From contig CAZDDU010000001.1 of assembly GCA_964504255.1 (NCBI GenBank), forward strand, positions 33,843 to 97,842: a DNA stretch of 64,000 nt, in the 5' to 3' direction. The stretch comes from an uncultured Candidatus Saccharibacteria bacterium. Its GTDB lineage: Bacteria; Patescibacteriota; Minisyncoccia; Phycocordibacterales; Zambryskibacteraceae. Positions 28,324 to 38,232 of this stretch are shown piece by piece. The first letter of the stretch is position 1. Each line of letters opens with the position of its first letter. Position numbers and translations under genes: made by a program. The notes under the pieces are model-generated. The model was given only the letters and a program-made list of their open reading frames with translations, made no database searches and was not told the origin of the DNA.

Positions 28324-29730
28324 ATGAAGAGGCTACTCATCACAGCTAGCTTCTATCTCCTAGCCATAGGCTTCTTTGCTACGCCTGCATCAGCACAGAC
28401 TGTGGGCTTGAGTGGTTTCGCCTGGTCGGATCTTCCTCAATCTACTGCAGGTGGGGGGGATAGAGGAGCGGGTTGGATCAGTTTCTCTGGTCCAGGTTAC
28501 GGAGTGGTGGCAAGCCAAAGCACGGGCAACCTCTCTGGCTACGCCTGGTCAGAGCACTATGGGTGGCTCTCATTCAACTCTGCGGAAGTAGCGGGGTGTC
28601 CATCAGGTACTTGTCAGCCAAATATTAATCCTTCTACGGGAATCGCTACTGGTTGGGCGAGATTTATCAATGCTCCAGCAGGCACTTCGGGCCCATGGAA
28701 CGGTTGGGTGCGCCTTTCAGGCAGTAACTACGGTGTGACATATAGTAGTGGGACACAGACATTTTCTGGCTATGCTTGGGGAGACAGCGACATCGGTTGG
28801 GTAAGATGGGGAGGACCTGGATACACGGTTACCATGAGTCCTCTTACTCCACCTGAGGCAACTATAAATATTGTGACAGTGCCTGCGAATGCAACTTGGA
28901 GCATTGCTCCTGGTGCTATAGGTGGTACGGGTAACGGCACAGCCACTGTCACTCCGTCTCAAGCAGGTACTTCTTATACTGTGACTGGTGGAGCTGCACC
29001 AAGTGGATACGACTTCCCACCCACTATTACGAACTCTCAAGGTGGAGGGTCTTCCGCACTTATACTTCCAGGTACTTCAATCACCTTCACTATTACTTAT
29101 ACCCAGTCCTTCGACTACAGCTTGAGTAACTCAGGCAGTGTTGATGTTCAGAAGGCGGGTATCGCCCAGTCAGGTCAAAACACTATTACTGCTACTCGCA
29201 GTGCTGGTACTGGTCAGTCAGTAACTCTTTCGGCTTCTGGACTACCAAGTGGGGCATCGATAGGCTTCTCTGGTCAAGGTTGTGCTCCTAATGCGGGTAG
29301 TCCATGCAACTACACCACCACTATCACTGTCCAACCTTCGACAGTCTCGGGTACATATCCAATAACTATCACAGGTTCGCCCCTTGGTAGGACAACTAGC
29401 TTCAACCTTGTTGTTACAGATTCGCCGAACATGATAATAAGTTGTTCTGCTAACCCAAGCACAGCGCAGGTTGGTCAGGATGTTACGTGGACAGCAACTG
29501 TAGTCAACGATCCAAACAGCAACTCACCTTACACATATCAATGGTCAGGTAACGGAGTGCCTTCCGAACAGGCTGTAGAGGTTACTGCCACACAATCATT
29601 TGTAACCTCTTACTCAACAACTGGCATCAAACAAATTGAAGCTACCGTTTGGGATAATGTTAGGAACCAAGCTCTGTGTCCAACAAGTTTCATAAACATT
29701 GGTGTTAAACCTGACTTCGGAGAGTTCTAG
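28324..29730 (+). CDS. Secreted protein with SGYAW/GW-x-SF repeats and Ig/PKD-like domains
   Basis: Signal peptide, three to four GYAW...GW repeats, Thr/Ser/Gly-rich beta domains. Confidence 0.82.
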   Translation: MKRLLITASFYLLAIGFFATPASAQTVGLSGFAWSDLPQSTAGGGDRGAGWISFSGPGYGVVASQSTGNLSGYAWSEHYGWLSFNSAEVAGCPSGTCQPNINPSTGIATGWARFINAPAGTSGPWNGWVRLSGSNYGVTYSSGTQTFSGYAWGDSDIGWVRWGGPGYTVTMSPLTPPEATINIVTVPANATWSIAPGAIGGTGNGTATVTPSQAGTSYTVTGGAAPSGYDFPPTITNSQGGGSSALILPGTSITFTITYTQSFDYSLSNSGSVDVQKAGIAQSGQNTITATRSAGTGQSVTLSASGLPSGASIGFSGQGCAPNAGSPCNYTTTITVQPSTVSGTYPITITGSPLGRTTSFNLVVTDSPNMIISCSANPSTAQVGQDVTWTATVVNDPNSNSPYTYQWSGNGVPSEQAVEVTATQSFVTSYSTTGIKQIEATVWDNVRNQALCPTSFINIGVKPDFGEF

Positions 29731-29750
29731 TGTGTTAAAATATTTAGGAC

Positions 29751-31493
29751 ATGCACATTGATGAGACAGAACTTAAACGTCTGGTACTTGATTCTGGTCT
29801 AGTATCAAAGAAGGATATTGAAGATGCTGCGAAGTTCTCTGAGGAGAATGGTCAGAGTCTTGGTAAGGTCTTGGTAAGTAGGGGAGTAATTACCGAAGAC
29901 GAGTTTAGACGTCTCCAGAGTTATATCTTGGGTATCCCGTTTGTTGATCTGAAGAACCAGAAGTTAAATATCGAGGTACTCTCTCTCATTCCAGAGCCTA
30001 TTGCCCGTAACCACAACATCGTCGCCTTCAAGAAGAGCGCGACTAATTTGGAAGTGGCCATGCTCGACATCGAGGACATGACGGCAATTGATTTCGTAAG
30101 GAAGAAGGTTGGACTAAAGATCGACGCCAGACTCACAGATAATGAGTCTATGAAGTGGGCCCTAGTGTCTTATCAGAAGAGTTTGAAGGATGAATTCGGT
30201 TCAGTTATCGAGAAGGTAGCTGGTTCCATCAAGGCCGGCAATGCCAAGGGGGATGAGAATGCTTCGGACCTAAAGAAACTAGCCGAAGATGTGCCCGTTG
30301 TCAGGGTGGTGGATACACTTCTCAAGCACGCTATTGTACAGGATGCGTCCGACATTCATATAGAGCCGGAGGACGAGCAAGTACTTGTGCGTTACCGCAT
30401 AGACGGCATCCTCCATGATTCGATGGTTTTGCCCAAGAACACCGCTGCTGGTATTACCGCCCGTATCAAGGTACTTTCGAGCCTTAAGCTCGATGAGAAG
30501 CGCGTGCCTCAAGACGGTCGCTTCAAGATTGATCTCGATGGGGAGAAGGTCTCCTTCCGTGTCTCTACACTGCCTACTTACTATGGAGAGAAGACTGTTA
30601 TGAGAATTTTGCGCGAGAATGCTTCGGGCTTTACTCTAGAGTCTCTTGGTTTTCACGGTTATGGTCTTGAGACGATCCACAACGCGATCAAGCTCACAAC
30701 CGGAATGATCCTTACCACCGGACCAACAGGAAGCGGTAAGACCACCACTCTCTACACAGTGCTCGACTTGGTGAACACTCCAGATGTAAACATCTCTACT
30801 ATCGAAGACCCTATCGAATACCAAATGAAAAGGGTGAATCAAACTCAAGTAAGACCCGAGATCGGCTTCACTTTCGCACAGGGTATGCGTACACTTGTGC
30901 GTCAGGACCCTGACATTATCATGGTTGGCGAGATTCGCGACAATGAGACGGCCGCTCTTGCGGTTAATGCGGCTCTTACAGGCCACCTTGTGCTCTCAAC
31001 CCTTCATACCAACTCTGCTGCTGGAGCGATACCAAGACTGCTTGATATGCAGGTTGAGCCCTTTCTACTGACCTCCACACTTCAAGTCATCGTCGCTCAG
31101 AGGTTGGTGCGAAGACTCGGCCAAGGTAAGAAGAAATATAATTTAAATAAGACCGAGATAGAGTCCCTTGGGCACCTCATAGACTTGAACCGACTCCTAA
31201 CAATGCTTAAGGCAGAGAAGGTGGTTCCCAAGGATGCCGATTGGAAGGATGTGCCGTTCTACAAGCCGAATCCAGAAGACGATAACGAAGGATACCAGAG
31301 TCGTATCGGTATTCATGAGATACTCAAGGTTACTGAGCCGATCAAAGCCCTTATTTTAAAGAACGCACCAGGCAAGGAGATCGAGGAGGTGGGCAAGAAG
31401 GACGGAATGATGACCATGCTCGAAGACGGTATTTACAAGGCGGTGCTTGGTCAGACGTCTATTGAAGAGGTTCTAAGAGTTATCTCAGAATAG
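29751..31493 (+). CDS. pilB: Type IV pilus assembly ATPase PilB/GspE
   Basis: ASDIHIEP, GPTGSGKTTTLY, TIEDPIE, RQDPDIIMVGEIRD, TGHLVLSTLH. Confidence 0.95.
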   Translation: MHIDETELKRLVLDSGLVSKKDIEDAAKFSEENGQSLGKVLVSRGVITEDEFRRLQSYILGIPFVDLKNQKLNIEVLSLIPEPIARNHNIVAFKKSATNLEVAMLDIEDMTAIDFVRKKVGLKIDARLTDNESMKWALVSYQKSLKDEFGSVIEKVAGSIKAGNAKGDENASDLKKLAEDVPVVRVVDTLLKHAIVQDASDIHIEPEDEQVLVRYRIDGILHDSMVLPKNTAAGITARIKVLSSLKLDEKRVPQDGRFKIDLDGEKVSFRVSTLPTYYGEKTVMRILRENASGFTLESLGFHGYGLETIHNAIKLTTGMILTTGPTGSGKTTTLYTVLDLVNTPDVNISTIEDPIEYQMKRVNQTQVRPEIGFTFAQGMRTLVRQDPDIIMVGEIRDNETAALAVNAALTGHLVLSTLHTNSAAGAIPRLLDMQVEPFLLTSTLQVIVAQRLVRRLGQGKKKYNLNKTEIESLGHLIDLNRLLTMLKAEKVVPKDADWKDVPFYKPNPEDDNEGYQSRIGIHEILKVTEPIKALILKNAPGKEIEEVGKKDGMMTMLEDGIYKAVLGQTSIEEVLRVISE

Positions 31494-31515
31494 TTCGACA
31501 AGCTCACTATAAATA
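31491..31515 (+). repeat. REP-like element at the pilB stop codon
   Basis: TAGTTCGACAAGCTCACTATAAATA. Confidence 0.9.
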
Positions 31516-31517
31516 AC

Positions 31518-32726
31518 ATGCTCTATACTTACACTGCCAAGAATACCAAAGGAGAACTCTATACAGGTGAGTTTGAGGCTAAGAGTAAGATCGAGGTTTA
31601 TACCAAGGTGCGAGACGAAGGAGGAAGAGTCTTGGGAGTGAGAGAGAAGGGTTTCGTTAACCTGAATGTCTCAATTGATTCTATATTAAGTAGGATAAAT
31701 GCTAGGGATAAAATAGTTTTTGCCAAGAATTTGAGCTCTATGCTCTCAGCAGGACTATCTGTTACGAGAGCTCTTGAGGTGATGGAAAAACAAGCTAGGA
31801 AGAATGCATTGAAGAAGCTCCTTCATGACCTGTCTCAAGATGTAAGTAAGGGTATACCATTCTCAGAAGCTTTGAGAAAAAAACCTAAGGTTTTTCCTCC
31901 GATCTTCGTTTCAATGGCTCTTGCTGGTGAGGAGTCGGGTAACCTCTCAGAGTCTTTGGGGGTAATAGCTTCTCAAATGGAGAAGTCTTATACACTAACC
32001 AAGAGAGTTAAGGGGGCAATGATTTACCCAACAGTGATCCTTTCTTTGATGGTCGTTATTTCAATTCTGCTTCTCATTTATATGGTGCCAACTTTAACAT
32101 CAACCTTCAGCGGTCTTGGAGTGGAATTACCTATTACCACAAGAGTGATAATTGCCGCATCTGACTTTATGATCAAGCATACAATTATTTTTGTTACCTC
32201 ACTTATATTGGGTGTGGTTTTGTTTTTGGCATTCGCGAGAAGCAAGGTGGGCAAAAAGCTTCTTGAGACCATTTCTTTGAAACTACCTGTTGTTGGTCTT
32301 ATTGTCATGGAGGTTAATAGTGCTCGCACTGCCCGCACAATGTCGTCTCTTCTTTCCTCGGGTGTCCCAATAGTTAATGCTCTTGAGGTCACCGAGTCAG
32401 TCGTGCCGAATCATTTGTATAAAGCCGCACTCCTAGACGCAAGGAACTCAATTCAAAAAGGAGAGACAATTTCGACAGTACTAGCTCGCTACGAGAAGAT
32501 CTATCCGCCATTCATTACAGAGATGACCGCGGTGGGGGAGGAGACGGGCAAGATCTCTGAGATGTTGCTTAATGTCGCACTCTTCTACGAAGAGGATGTG
32601 GATGATAAGACGAAGAACCTCTCTACCATTATCGAGCCGGTTCTCATGATCATCATAGGTATCGGTGTGGCTATCTTCGCTCTTTCGATGCTTGCTCCAA
32701 CTTACTCATTAGTAAATGTCATCTAA
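31518..32726 (+). CDS. pilC: Type IV pilus platform protein PilC/GspF
   Basis: Two T2SSF domains, AGEESGNL, AMIYP, VGEETGKI, IIEP. Confidence 0.95.
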   Translation: MLYTYTAKNTKGELYTGEFEAKSKIEVYTKVRDEGGRVLGVREKGFVNLNVSIDSILSRINARDKIVFAKNLSSMLSAGLSVTRALEVMEKQARKNALKKLLHDLSQDVSKGIPFSEALRKKPKVFPPIFVSMALAGEESGNLSESLGVIASQMEKSYTLTKRVKGAMIYPTVILSLMVVISILLLIYMVPTLTSTFSGLGVELPITTRVIIAASDFMIKHTIIFVTSLILGVVLFLAFARSKVGKKLLETISLKLPVVGLIVMEVNSARTARTMSSLLSSGVPIVNALEVTESVVPNHLYKAALLDARNSIQKGETISTVLARYEKIYPPFITEMTAVGEETGKISEMLLNVALFYEEDVDDKTKNLSTIIEPVLMIIIGIGVAIFALSMLAPTYSLVNVI

Positions 32727-33163
32727 TGAGAAAAAACGCTTTTACTCTCGTCGAAACGGTCTTCGCAGTGAGTATTTTTTTGATTGTAACCTTAAGTGTT
32801 TATGAGGGCTACAGCGTGCTTTATTCATCACTGTCCCTAGCTCATCTAAAGGTGGTTGCTGCCAGCTTAGTAAACGAAAGATTTGAGATAGCAAGAAATT
32901 TGCCTTACACGGATGTCGGTATAGTGAACGGCAATCCATCTGGAAAACTAATAGCTAGTCAGGTTTTAGTCAGAGACGGTATATCTTGGAATGTGGAAAC
33001 CTTGGTAGAGAATATAGACGACTCATTTGATGGTGTGAGTCCTATAGATATAAGACCTGCAGATTATAAGTTAGTTGAGATAACAGTTGCTTGTAATACA
33101 TGCAAAAATTTCACGCCAGTTAAGATATCTGGTTGGATCGCACCTAGAAATCTAGAACCATGA
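32726..33163 (+). CDS. Minor pilin (PilV-like)
   Basis: Class III signal KNA/FTLVE followed by a hydrophobic helix. Confidence 0.85.
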   Translation: MRKNAFTLVETVFAVSIFLIVTLSVYEGYSVLYSSLSLAHLKVVAASLVNERFEIARNLPYTDVGIVNGNPSGKLIASQVLVRDGISWNVETLVENIDDSFDGVSPIDIRPADYKLVEITVACNTCKNFTPVKISGWIAPRNLEP

Positions 33164-33771
33164 TGAAAAACAAAGGATTCACATTGCTTGAGAGTATTAT
33201 GTCCGTGGCCATTATGGTGGCAATAGTTTTTGCAGCAACATTACTAGCTAAAGATGTTTTGAGTACAAACCAGAGTGCGGTACAGAGCTTAAGTGCACAA
33301 TCAGATACCAGGAGGGCAATTAAAAGTTGGATTGCAGAGCTTCGTACTGCGACTCCATCTGCCACAGGTGCATATACTATAGAATCAGCCTCAACTAGCA
33401 GCCTAGTGTTCTTTGCTGATTTGGATAGCGACAATAGATCAGAGAGAATTAGATACTTCATTAGCACATCCACTAGATCGTTCAACAGAGGTGTGGTCTC
33501 ACCAACAGGTAGTCCACCATCGTATGTTTTGTCAGGAGAAAGTGTGATAACGATGGTTTCAGATATGGTTCAAGGTACCTCAACTCCAGTGTTTGAATAT
33601 TTCGATACGAATTATGCTGGGACAAGCTCCCCAATGACCTATCCTCTTGATGTGTCTATGATCAGATTGATTAGGGTGAACATATCGGTAGACAAGGATC
33701 CGAATCGCTCACCTGACCCACTCACGGTCTCATCAGAAGTGACTCTTAGAAATTTGAAGGATAATTTATGA
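33160..33771 (+). CDS. Minor pilin (PilW-like)
   Basis: KNKG/FTLLE, C-terminal VTLRNL. Confidence 0.88.
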   Translation: MMKNKGFTLLESIMSVAIMVAIVFAATLLAKDVLSTNQSAVQSLSAQSDTRRAIKSWIAELRTATPSATGAYTIESASTSSLVFFADLDSDNRSERIRYFISTSTRSFNRGVVSPTGSPPSYVLSGESVITMVSDMVQGTSTPVFEYFDTNYAGTSSPMTYPLDVSMIRLIRVNISVDKDPNRSPDPLTVSSEVTLRNLKDNL

Positions 33772-35213
33772 AAAAAGAAAAAGGCTTTTTGATAATTTTA
33801 GTTATGGTCTTCTCCTCAATAGCAATTGTGGCAATTATTAGTCTTATCGGTTTTGCAAACATAAACATTATTGCTGGTAGGAGGGCTATAATTAGTGAGC
33901 AGGCCTTTCAATTATCTGAAGCCGGAATTGAGTACTATCGTTGGCATTTAGCACATAGTCAAAATGACTTTACTGATGGCGGCGGGGCGTTCCCGCACTT
34001 ACATGATTTTTTCGACAGTGATGGGAACTTAGTGGGGCAGTTCGAGTTAACTGTCACAGCTCCTCCTGTTGGATCAACTCTGGTAACAATGGAATCAGTT
34101 GGTATACCCGCAGTGGATCCAAGTGTTCGTAGGACGATAGTTTCTCAGTTGGGTAAACCATCTTTTGCTAGGTTTTCTCTAGTTTCAAACTCGGACATGC
34201 GCTTCGGACAGGGAACTGTTGTTATTGGCCCAGCACACTCTAATGGGGGTATTCGTTTCGACGGTTTGGCACAAAATCTTGTTACTAGCGGTGTAGCAAA
34301 CTACAACGATCCAGACCACAGTGGCAATAACGAGTTTGGGGTGCATACCCATGTTAATGCTCCACCTGGTAGTGGCGTGAATGATACCTTTAGAGCGAGT
34401 GAGGCTCCTCCAACTAATCCTGTGCCTAATAGACCCGATGTCTTTCTTGCTGGTAGGAGGTTCCCGGTACCACTTGTCAGTTTTACTGGTATCACTTCTG
34501 ATTTAACTAACCTGAAGAACCTGGCCCAGAGTGACGGCAGATATTTCGCATCTTCCACAGCTCAGGGTTATAGAATAACTTTTAATACCAACGATACTTA
34601 CACTGTCCACCGTGTTTCGAATTTAAGAGCAGCCCCAAACAATTGTACGAATACTGCAGGTCAGACTGGGTGGGGTACTTGGACTGCGAGCACTACTGTC
34701 TTAGTTGGCACCTACGCTAATCCAAATAACGGCGTTATCTATGTGGAAGATCATGTTTGGGTAGAGGGACAGATAGACACAGCCAGAATTACCCTAGTAG
34801 CAGCTGCTACTAGTACGGGTGTGCAAAGATCAATTACGATAAATAACAATCTTCTCTATACTAACTATGATGGACAAGATGTGATATCACTAATTGCAGA
34901 AAATAATATCAATGTAGGTTTGTACAGCTTGGATAACCTAAGAGTAGATGCTGCACTTATATCAAATAATGGGAGAATAGGTAGATATTACTACGAATCA
35001 GATTGTGCTCCGAATAATACCAGATCGACTATTACTTTGTATGGCATGATCGGCAGCTATTTGAGATACGGCTTCGCCTATGTGGATGGTACAGGTTATG
35101 TAAATAGAAATCTTATTTATGATGGTAGTCTGCTTTATGCCCCACCCCCATCATTCCCTCTAACTACCAACACCTATCAGATTGTCTCTTGGCAAGAGGT
35201 CGCAGGTAATTAA
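33768..35213 (+). CDS. PilX/GspK-like minor pilin
   Basis: KG/FLIIL lacking Glu5, AFQLSEAGIEY, C-terminal VSWQEV. Confidence 0.82.
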   Translation: MKKEKGFLIILVMVFSSIAIVAIISLIGFANINIIAGRRAIISEQAFQLSEAGIEYYRWHLAHSQNDFTDGGGAFPHLHDFFDSDGNLVGQFELTVTAPPVGSTLVTMESVGIPAVDPSVRRTIVSQLGKPSFARFSLVSNSDMRFGQGTVVIGPAHSNGGIRFDGLAQNLVTSGVANYNDPDHSGNNEFGVHTHVNAPPGSGVNDTFRASEAPPTNPVPNRPDVFLAGRRFPVPLVSFTGITSDLTNLKNLAQSDGRYFASSTAQGYRITFNTNDTYTVHRVSNLRAAPNNCTNTAGQTGWGTWTASTTVLVGTYANPNNGVIYVEDHVWVEGQIDTARITLVAAATSTGVQRSITINNNLLYTNYDGQDVISLIAENNINVGLYSLDNLRVDAALISNNGRIGRYYYESDCAPNNTRSTITLYGMIGSYLRYGFAYVDGTGYVNRNLIYDGSLLYAPPPSFPLTTNTYQIVSWQEVAGN

Positions 35214-35240
35214 ACTTGGGTTTTTTGGTATAATACCCGG

Positions 35241-35996
35241 ATGAAATACATTCTTGCTGCGAACTGGAAGAGTCACCCAAGTTCAAAGGATGAGGCCAAG
35301 AGACTCCTTGTCGGTTTGAGCAAAAATAGTGATAAGTTCAGGAAACTGCATACCATTATAGCGCCACCAAACACCTTTCTAGAGCTAGTTGGATCAAAGA
35401 TTAAGTCCATGGGTATCCTGGCCTCACAAGACATATCCTTGTTATCTAAGGGTACATATACAGGAGAGACAACAGTTGAGATGCTTAAGGGTCAGGGCGT
35501 AATGGCGTCGATTATCGGTCACTCTGAGAGGAGGAAGCTTGGTGAAACTAACAGTCTCATCTCTAAGAAGGCTAATCAAGCCTTAAAGGAGGGGATCGCT
35601 CCAATAGTTTGTGTCGGGGAAGATGTTCACGATACCGAGGGTAACTATTTCGAAGTACTTAATGCTCAAATTAGGGGTTCTCTCGAGGGTCTGAAGAAGA
35701 CTGATGCTAAGAAACTTGTTGTCGCCTACGAACCTCTTTGGGCTATCGGCAAGTCAGCGAAGGATGCCATGCAGCCAAATGACCTTGCCCAGATGATTGT
35801 CTATATTAGAAAGGTTTTGACCGAGATGTTCGGTAGAGCAAGTGCTGATCAGGTAGCAATCATTTATGGAGGCTCAGTAGAGCCTGGTAATGCCAAAGAG
35901 TTACTTGGGTCAGGGGCACAGGGTTTCTTGGTTGGCCACGCGTCACTTAGTGCCAAGAGTTTTGTAGAGATTGCTAAAGCTATGCTAAATAAATGA
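35241..35996 (+). CDS. tpiA: Triosephosphate isomerase
   Basis: ANWK, GHSERR, AYEPLWAIG, YGGSV. Confidence 0.97.
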   Translation: MKYILAANWKSHPSSKDEAKRLLVGLSKNSDKFRKLHTIIAPPNTFLELVGSKIKSMGILASQDISLLSKGTYTGETTVEMLKGQGVMASIIGHSERRKLGETNSLISKKANQALKEGIAPIVCVGEDVHDTEGNYFEVLNAQIRGSLEGLKKTDAKKLVVAYEPLWAIGKSAKDAMQPNDLAQMIVYIRKVLTEMFGRASADQVAIIYGGSVEPGNAKELLGSGAQGFLVGHASLSAKSFVEIAKAMLNK

Positions 35997-36919
35997 AGTC
36001 AGTCAAAGAAATAGGAGATATAACTGGGAAGAGGGTTTTGGTCAGGGTGGATTGGAATGTGCCACTTGTGGATGGTTTAGTAAGAGATGATCTCCGGATC
36101 AAGAGGAGTTTAGAGACAGTTAATCTCTTGGTGGGCAAGGGTGCCAAGGTTACACTCATGACCCACCTTGAGCCAGAGGATAGGACTGTAGAAGTTTTGA
36201 AACCCTTTCTTCCTGTTAGTGTCGAGATCTTAGAAAACCTAAGACAAAACAATGGCGAGAAGGAGAACTCAGAAGAGTTCGCAAAGGAGCTTGCAAGTCT
36301 AGCTGACATATATGTGAACGAAGCCTTTTCTGTCTCACATAGAGAGCACGCGTCAATTGTACTCGTACCTAAACTCCTACCTAGCTTCGCGGGACTCGGA
36401 TTTATAGACGAAGTGGAAAATCTCTCTAAAGTCTTCAACCCAAAACACCCATTCCTCTTTGTTCTTGGAGGATCGAAGTTTGAGACCAAGTTGCCTCTAG
36501 TGAAGAAGTTTTTAAATATTGCTGACGATATATTCATTGCAGGTCTCAATGCCAAACCGGCTCTGGAGATGGGTTTTGATAAAGAACAAAAAATAACACT
36601 CCCAGTTGGCGACATTTCTGCAGCTGACTTAACTAAAGAAAATCTAGATATTTTAGAAGAGAAGATAAAAACTGCAGAGTTCGTAGTTTGGAATGGACCG
36701 CTCGGCAAGTATGAAGACGGGCTCAAGGAGGGGACTTTGAGACTTGCTAAAATGCTTGGAGATTCGGGTAAGGAGGTCATAGTGGGAGGAGCAGATACAC
36801 TAGCTGCTATAAAGGAGTTAAATATTGCGGACAATTTTACCTTCGTATCTAGTGGGGGGGGTGCCATGCTTGATTTCTTGGCGAATGGTACTCTCCCGGG
36901 TATTGAGGCTTTAGGTTAG
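35993..36919 (+). CDS. pgk: Phosphoglycerate kinase (short form)
   Basis: RVDWNVP, LENLR, HREHAS, LGGSK, WNGPLG, SSGGGA. Confidence 0.95.
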   Translation: MKSVKEIGDITGKRVLVRVDWNVPLVDGLVRDDLRIKRSLETVNLLVGKGAKVTLMTHLEPEDRTVEVLKPFLPVSVEILENLRQNNGEKENSEEFAKELASLADIYVNEAFSVSHREHASIVLVPKLLPSFAGLGFIDEVENLSKVFNPKHPFLFVLGGSKFETKLPLVKKFLNIADDIFIAGLNAKPALEMGFDKEQKITLPVGDISAADLTKENLDILEEKIKTAEFVVWNGPLGKYEDGLKEGTLRLAKMLGDSGKEVIVGGADTLAAIKELNIADNFTFVSSGGGAMLDFLANGTLPGIEALG

Positions 36920-37245
36920 AGCTCTGGTCCACCGTCTCCTATTCTCTGTGGGACAAGATGAATATGGGTATGTGGTACATCTTTGCCAACAATGCCAAGT
37001 CTTACGAAATCGGCACTGTGACTATCCTTCAGTATTTTTGCCACATCTTTAGCTTTAAGAAAAAGATTTGCATAGAGATCGTCAGGCATATCAATAAACC
37101 AACGATAATGTGCCTTGGGTATAAGTAGTGTGTGGCCTGGGGCTACGGGGTGAATGTTTGCGAAAGCTATAAAGCTATCGTCTTCATATAAAATTTTTGC
37201 TGGAGCCTCCTTCCTAGCAATTTTGCAAAAGATACAATCGTTCAT
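36916..37245 (-). CDS. HIT family protein
   Basis: DCIFCKI, PGHTLLIPK, HTHIH. Confidence 0.95.
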   Translation of the reverse strand: MNDCIFCKIARKEAPAKILYEDDSFIAFANIHPVAPGHTLLIPKAHYRWFIDMPDDLYANLFLKAKDVAKILKDSHSADFVRLGIVGKDVPHTHIHLVPQRIGDGGPEL

Positions 37246-37247
37246 GC

Positions 37248-37272
37248 TATTTATAGTGAGCTTGTCGAACTA
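37248..37272 (-). repeat. REP-like element at stop codon
   Basis: Identical 25-mer to 31491-31515, on the minus strand. Confidence 0.9.
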
Positions 37273-38214
37273 ATATGAAATACTATCTACTAATACTCCG
37301 CTTGGGTCGAAGAGCGAGATTTTTTCATCTTCGTTGGCCCACATCTCCCAAGGTCGATGGAGATATACATACCAGGTCTTGCCTTCGAAATCCTTATCGC
37401 CTATATGGTTAGCCAAGCACCCCTCATAACTGAAATGACTCTTAACATAAGCGATACACATGCTAGACAAACCCTCCTCGCCATCTACGCAGTCTCGACA
37501 TATTTCATTGTCATTATTCCTTCCGCCGTATTTAGGAGTATGACAAGTTTGTAGTTGATCTACGTATCTCTTGCAACTAGTGTCGAGCGTCGAGTACCCA
37601 ACTTCTTTTGCAGGTCTGACACAACTCTTCTCTAATCCTCTTGGGAACTCGTATGTTTCGTCTAGGTATCCTGTGCAGGAGTTCTCCTTGAAGCTCGTAA
37701 GTGTGTACGAGGTTAAGTTCCCTGGTCCGCCGGAGATGATTATCGCTCTCTCGCCACGTTTTAGAATAATGTTCTCAAGATGACTTCTGCCGTCGGGAGA
37801 GACGATCTTTGTTCCCTGTGGGATCATCCCTACATCTGATGTGTAGTGCATGTACTGACTTCCAATAGCATAGCTTCTAGCTGATTTGCCATTCTCTAGT
37901 CTGTATCCAGTAATGTTTACCTGGTTAGAACCATTGTTCTCTATTACCACATACTCGCTCATTGGATCGTTCTCGTATTTACTGTTACCCCTCTCTATTC
38001 TTAGAGTTCTCGTTCCACTGCTATTAGTACCAGATGTGTAACTCCTTGTTTCAGATCCATCTTGGTTTGAGTTCTCCCGATTGTTTATTTGGTTCCAGCC
38101 AGAGATATCGAACCGCACACCTTTTGGGATGAGTATAGCGAAGATGACTATACTTATAGCAAAGAAGGCCAAAAGCCATTCTACAAAGGCACCTTTCTCC
38201 AGAGTCTTCCTCAT
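37270..38214 (-). CDS. Membrane-anchored protein with lamin-tail-like domain and Cys-rich insert
   Basis: EYVVIEN..VNITGYRL, W.NEDEKISLFDPSGVLVD. Confidence 0.75.
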   Translation of the reverse strand: MRKTLEKGAFVEWLLAFFAISIVIFAILIPKGVRFDISGWNQINNRENSNQDGSETRSYTSGTNSSGTRTLRIERGNSKYENDPMSEYVVIENNGSNQVNITGYRLENGKSARSYAIGSQYMHYTSDVGMIPQGTKIVSPDGRSHLENIILKRGERAIIISGGPGNLTSYTLTSFKENSCTGYLDETYEFPRGLEKSCVRPAKEVGYSTLDTSCKRYVDQLQTCHTPKYGGRNNDNEICRDCVDGEEGLSSMCIAYVKSHFSYEGCLANHIGDKDFEGKTWYVYLHRPWEMWANEDEKISLFDPSGVLVDSISY

Positions 38215-38232
38215 AAAGGGTATAATACCACG

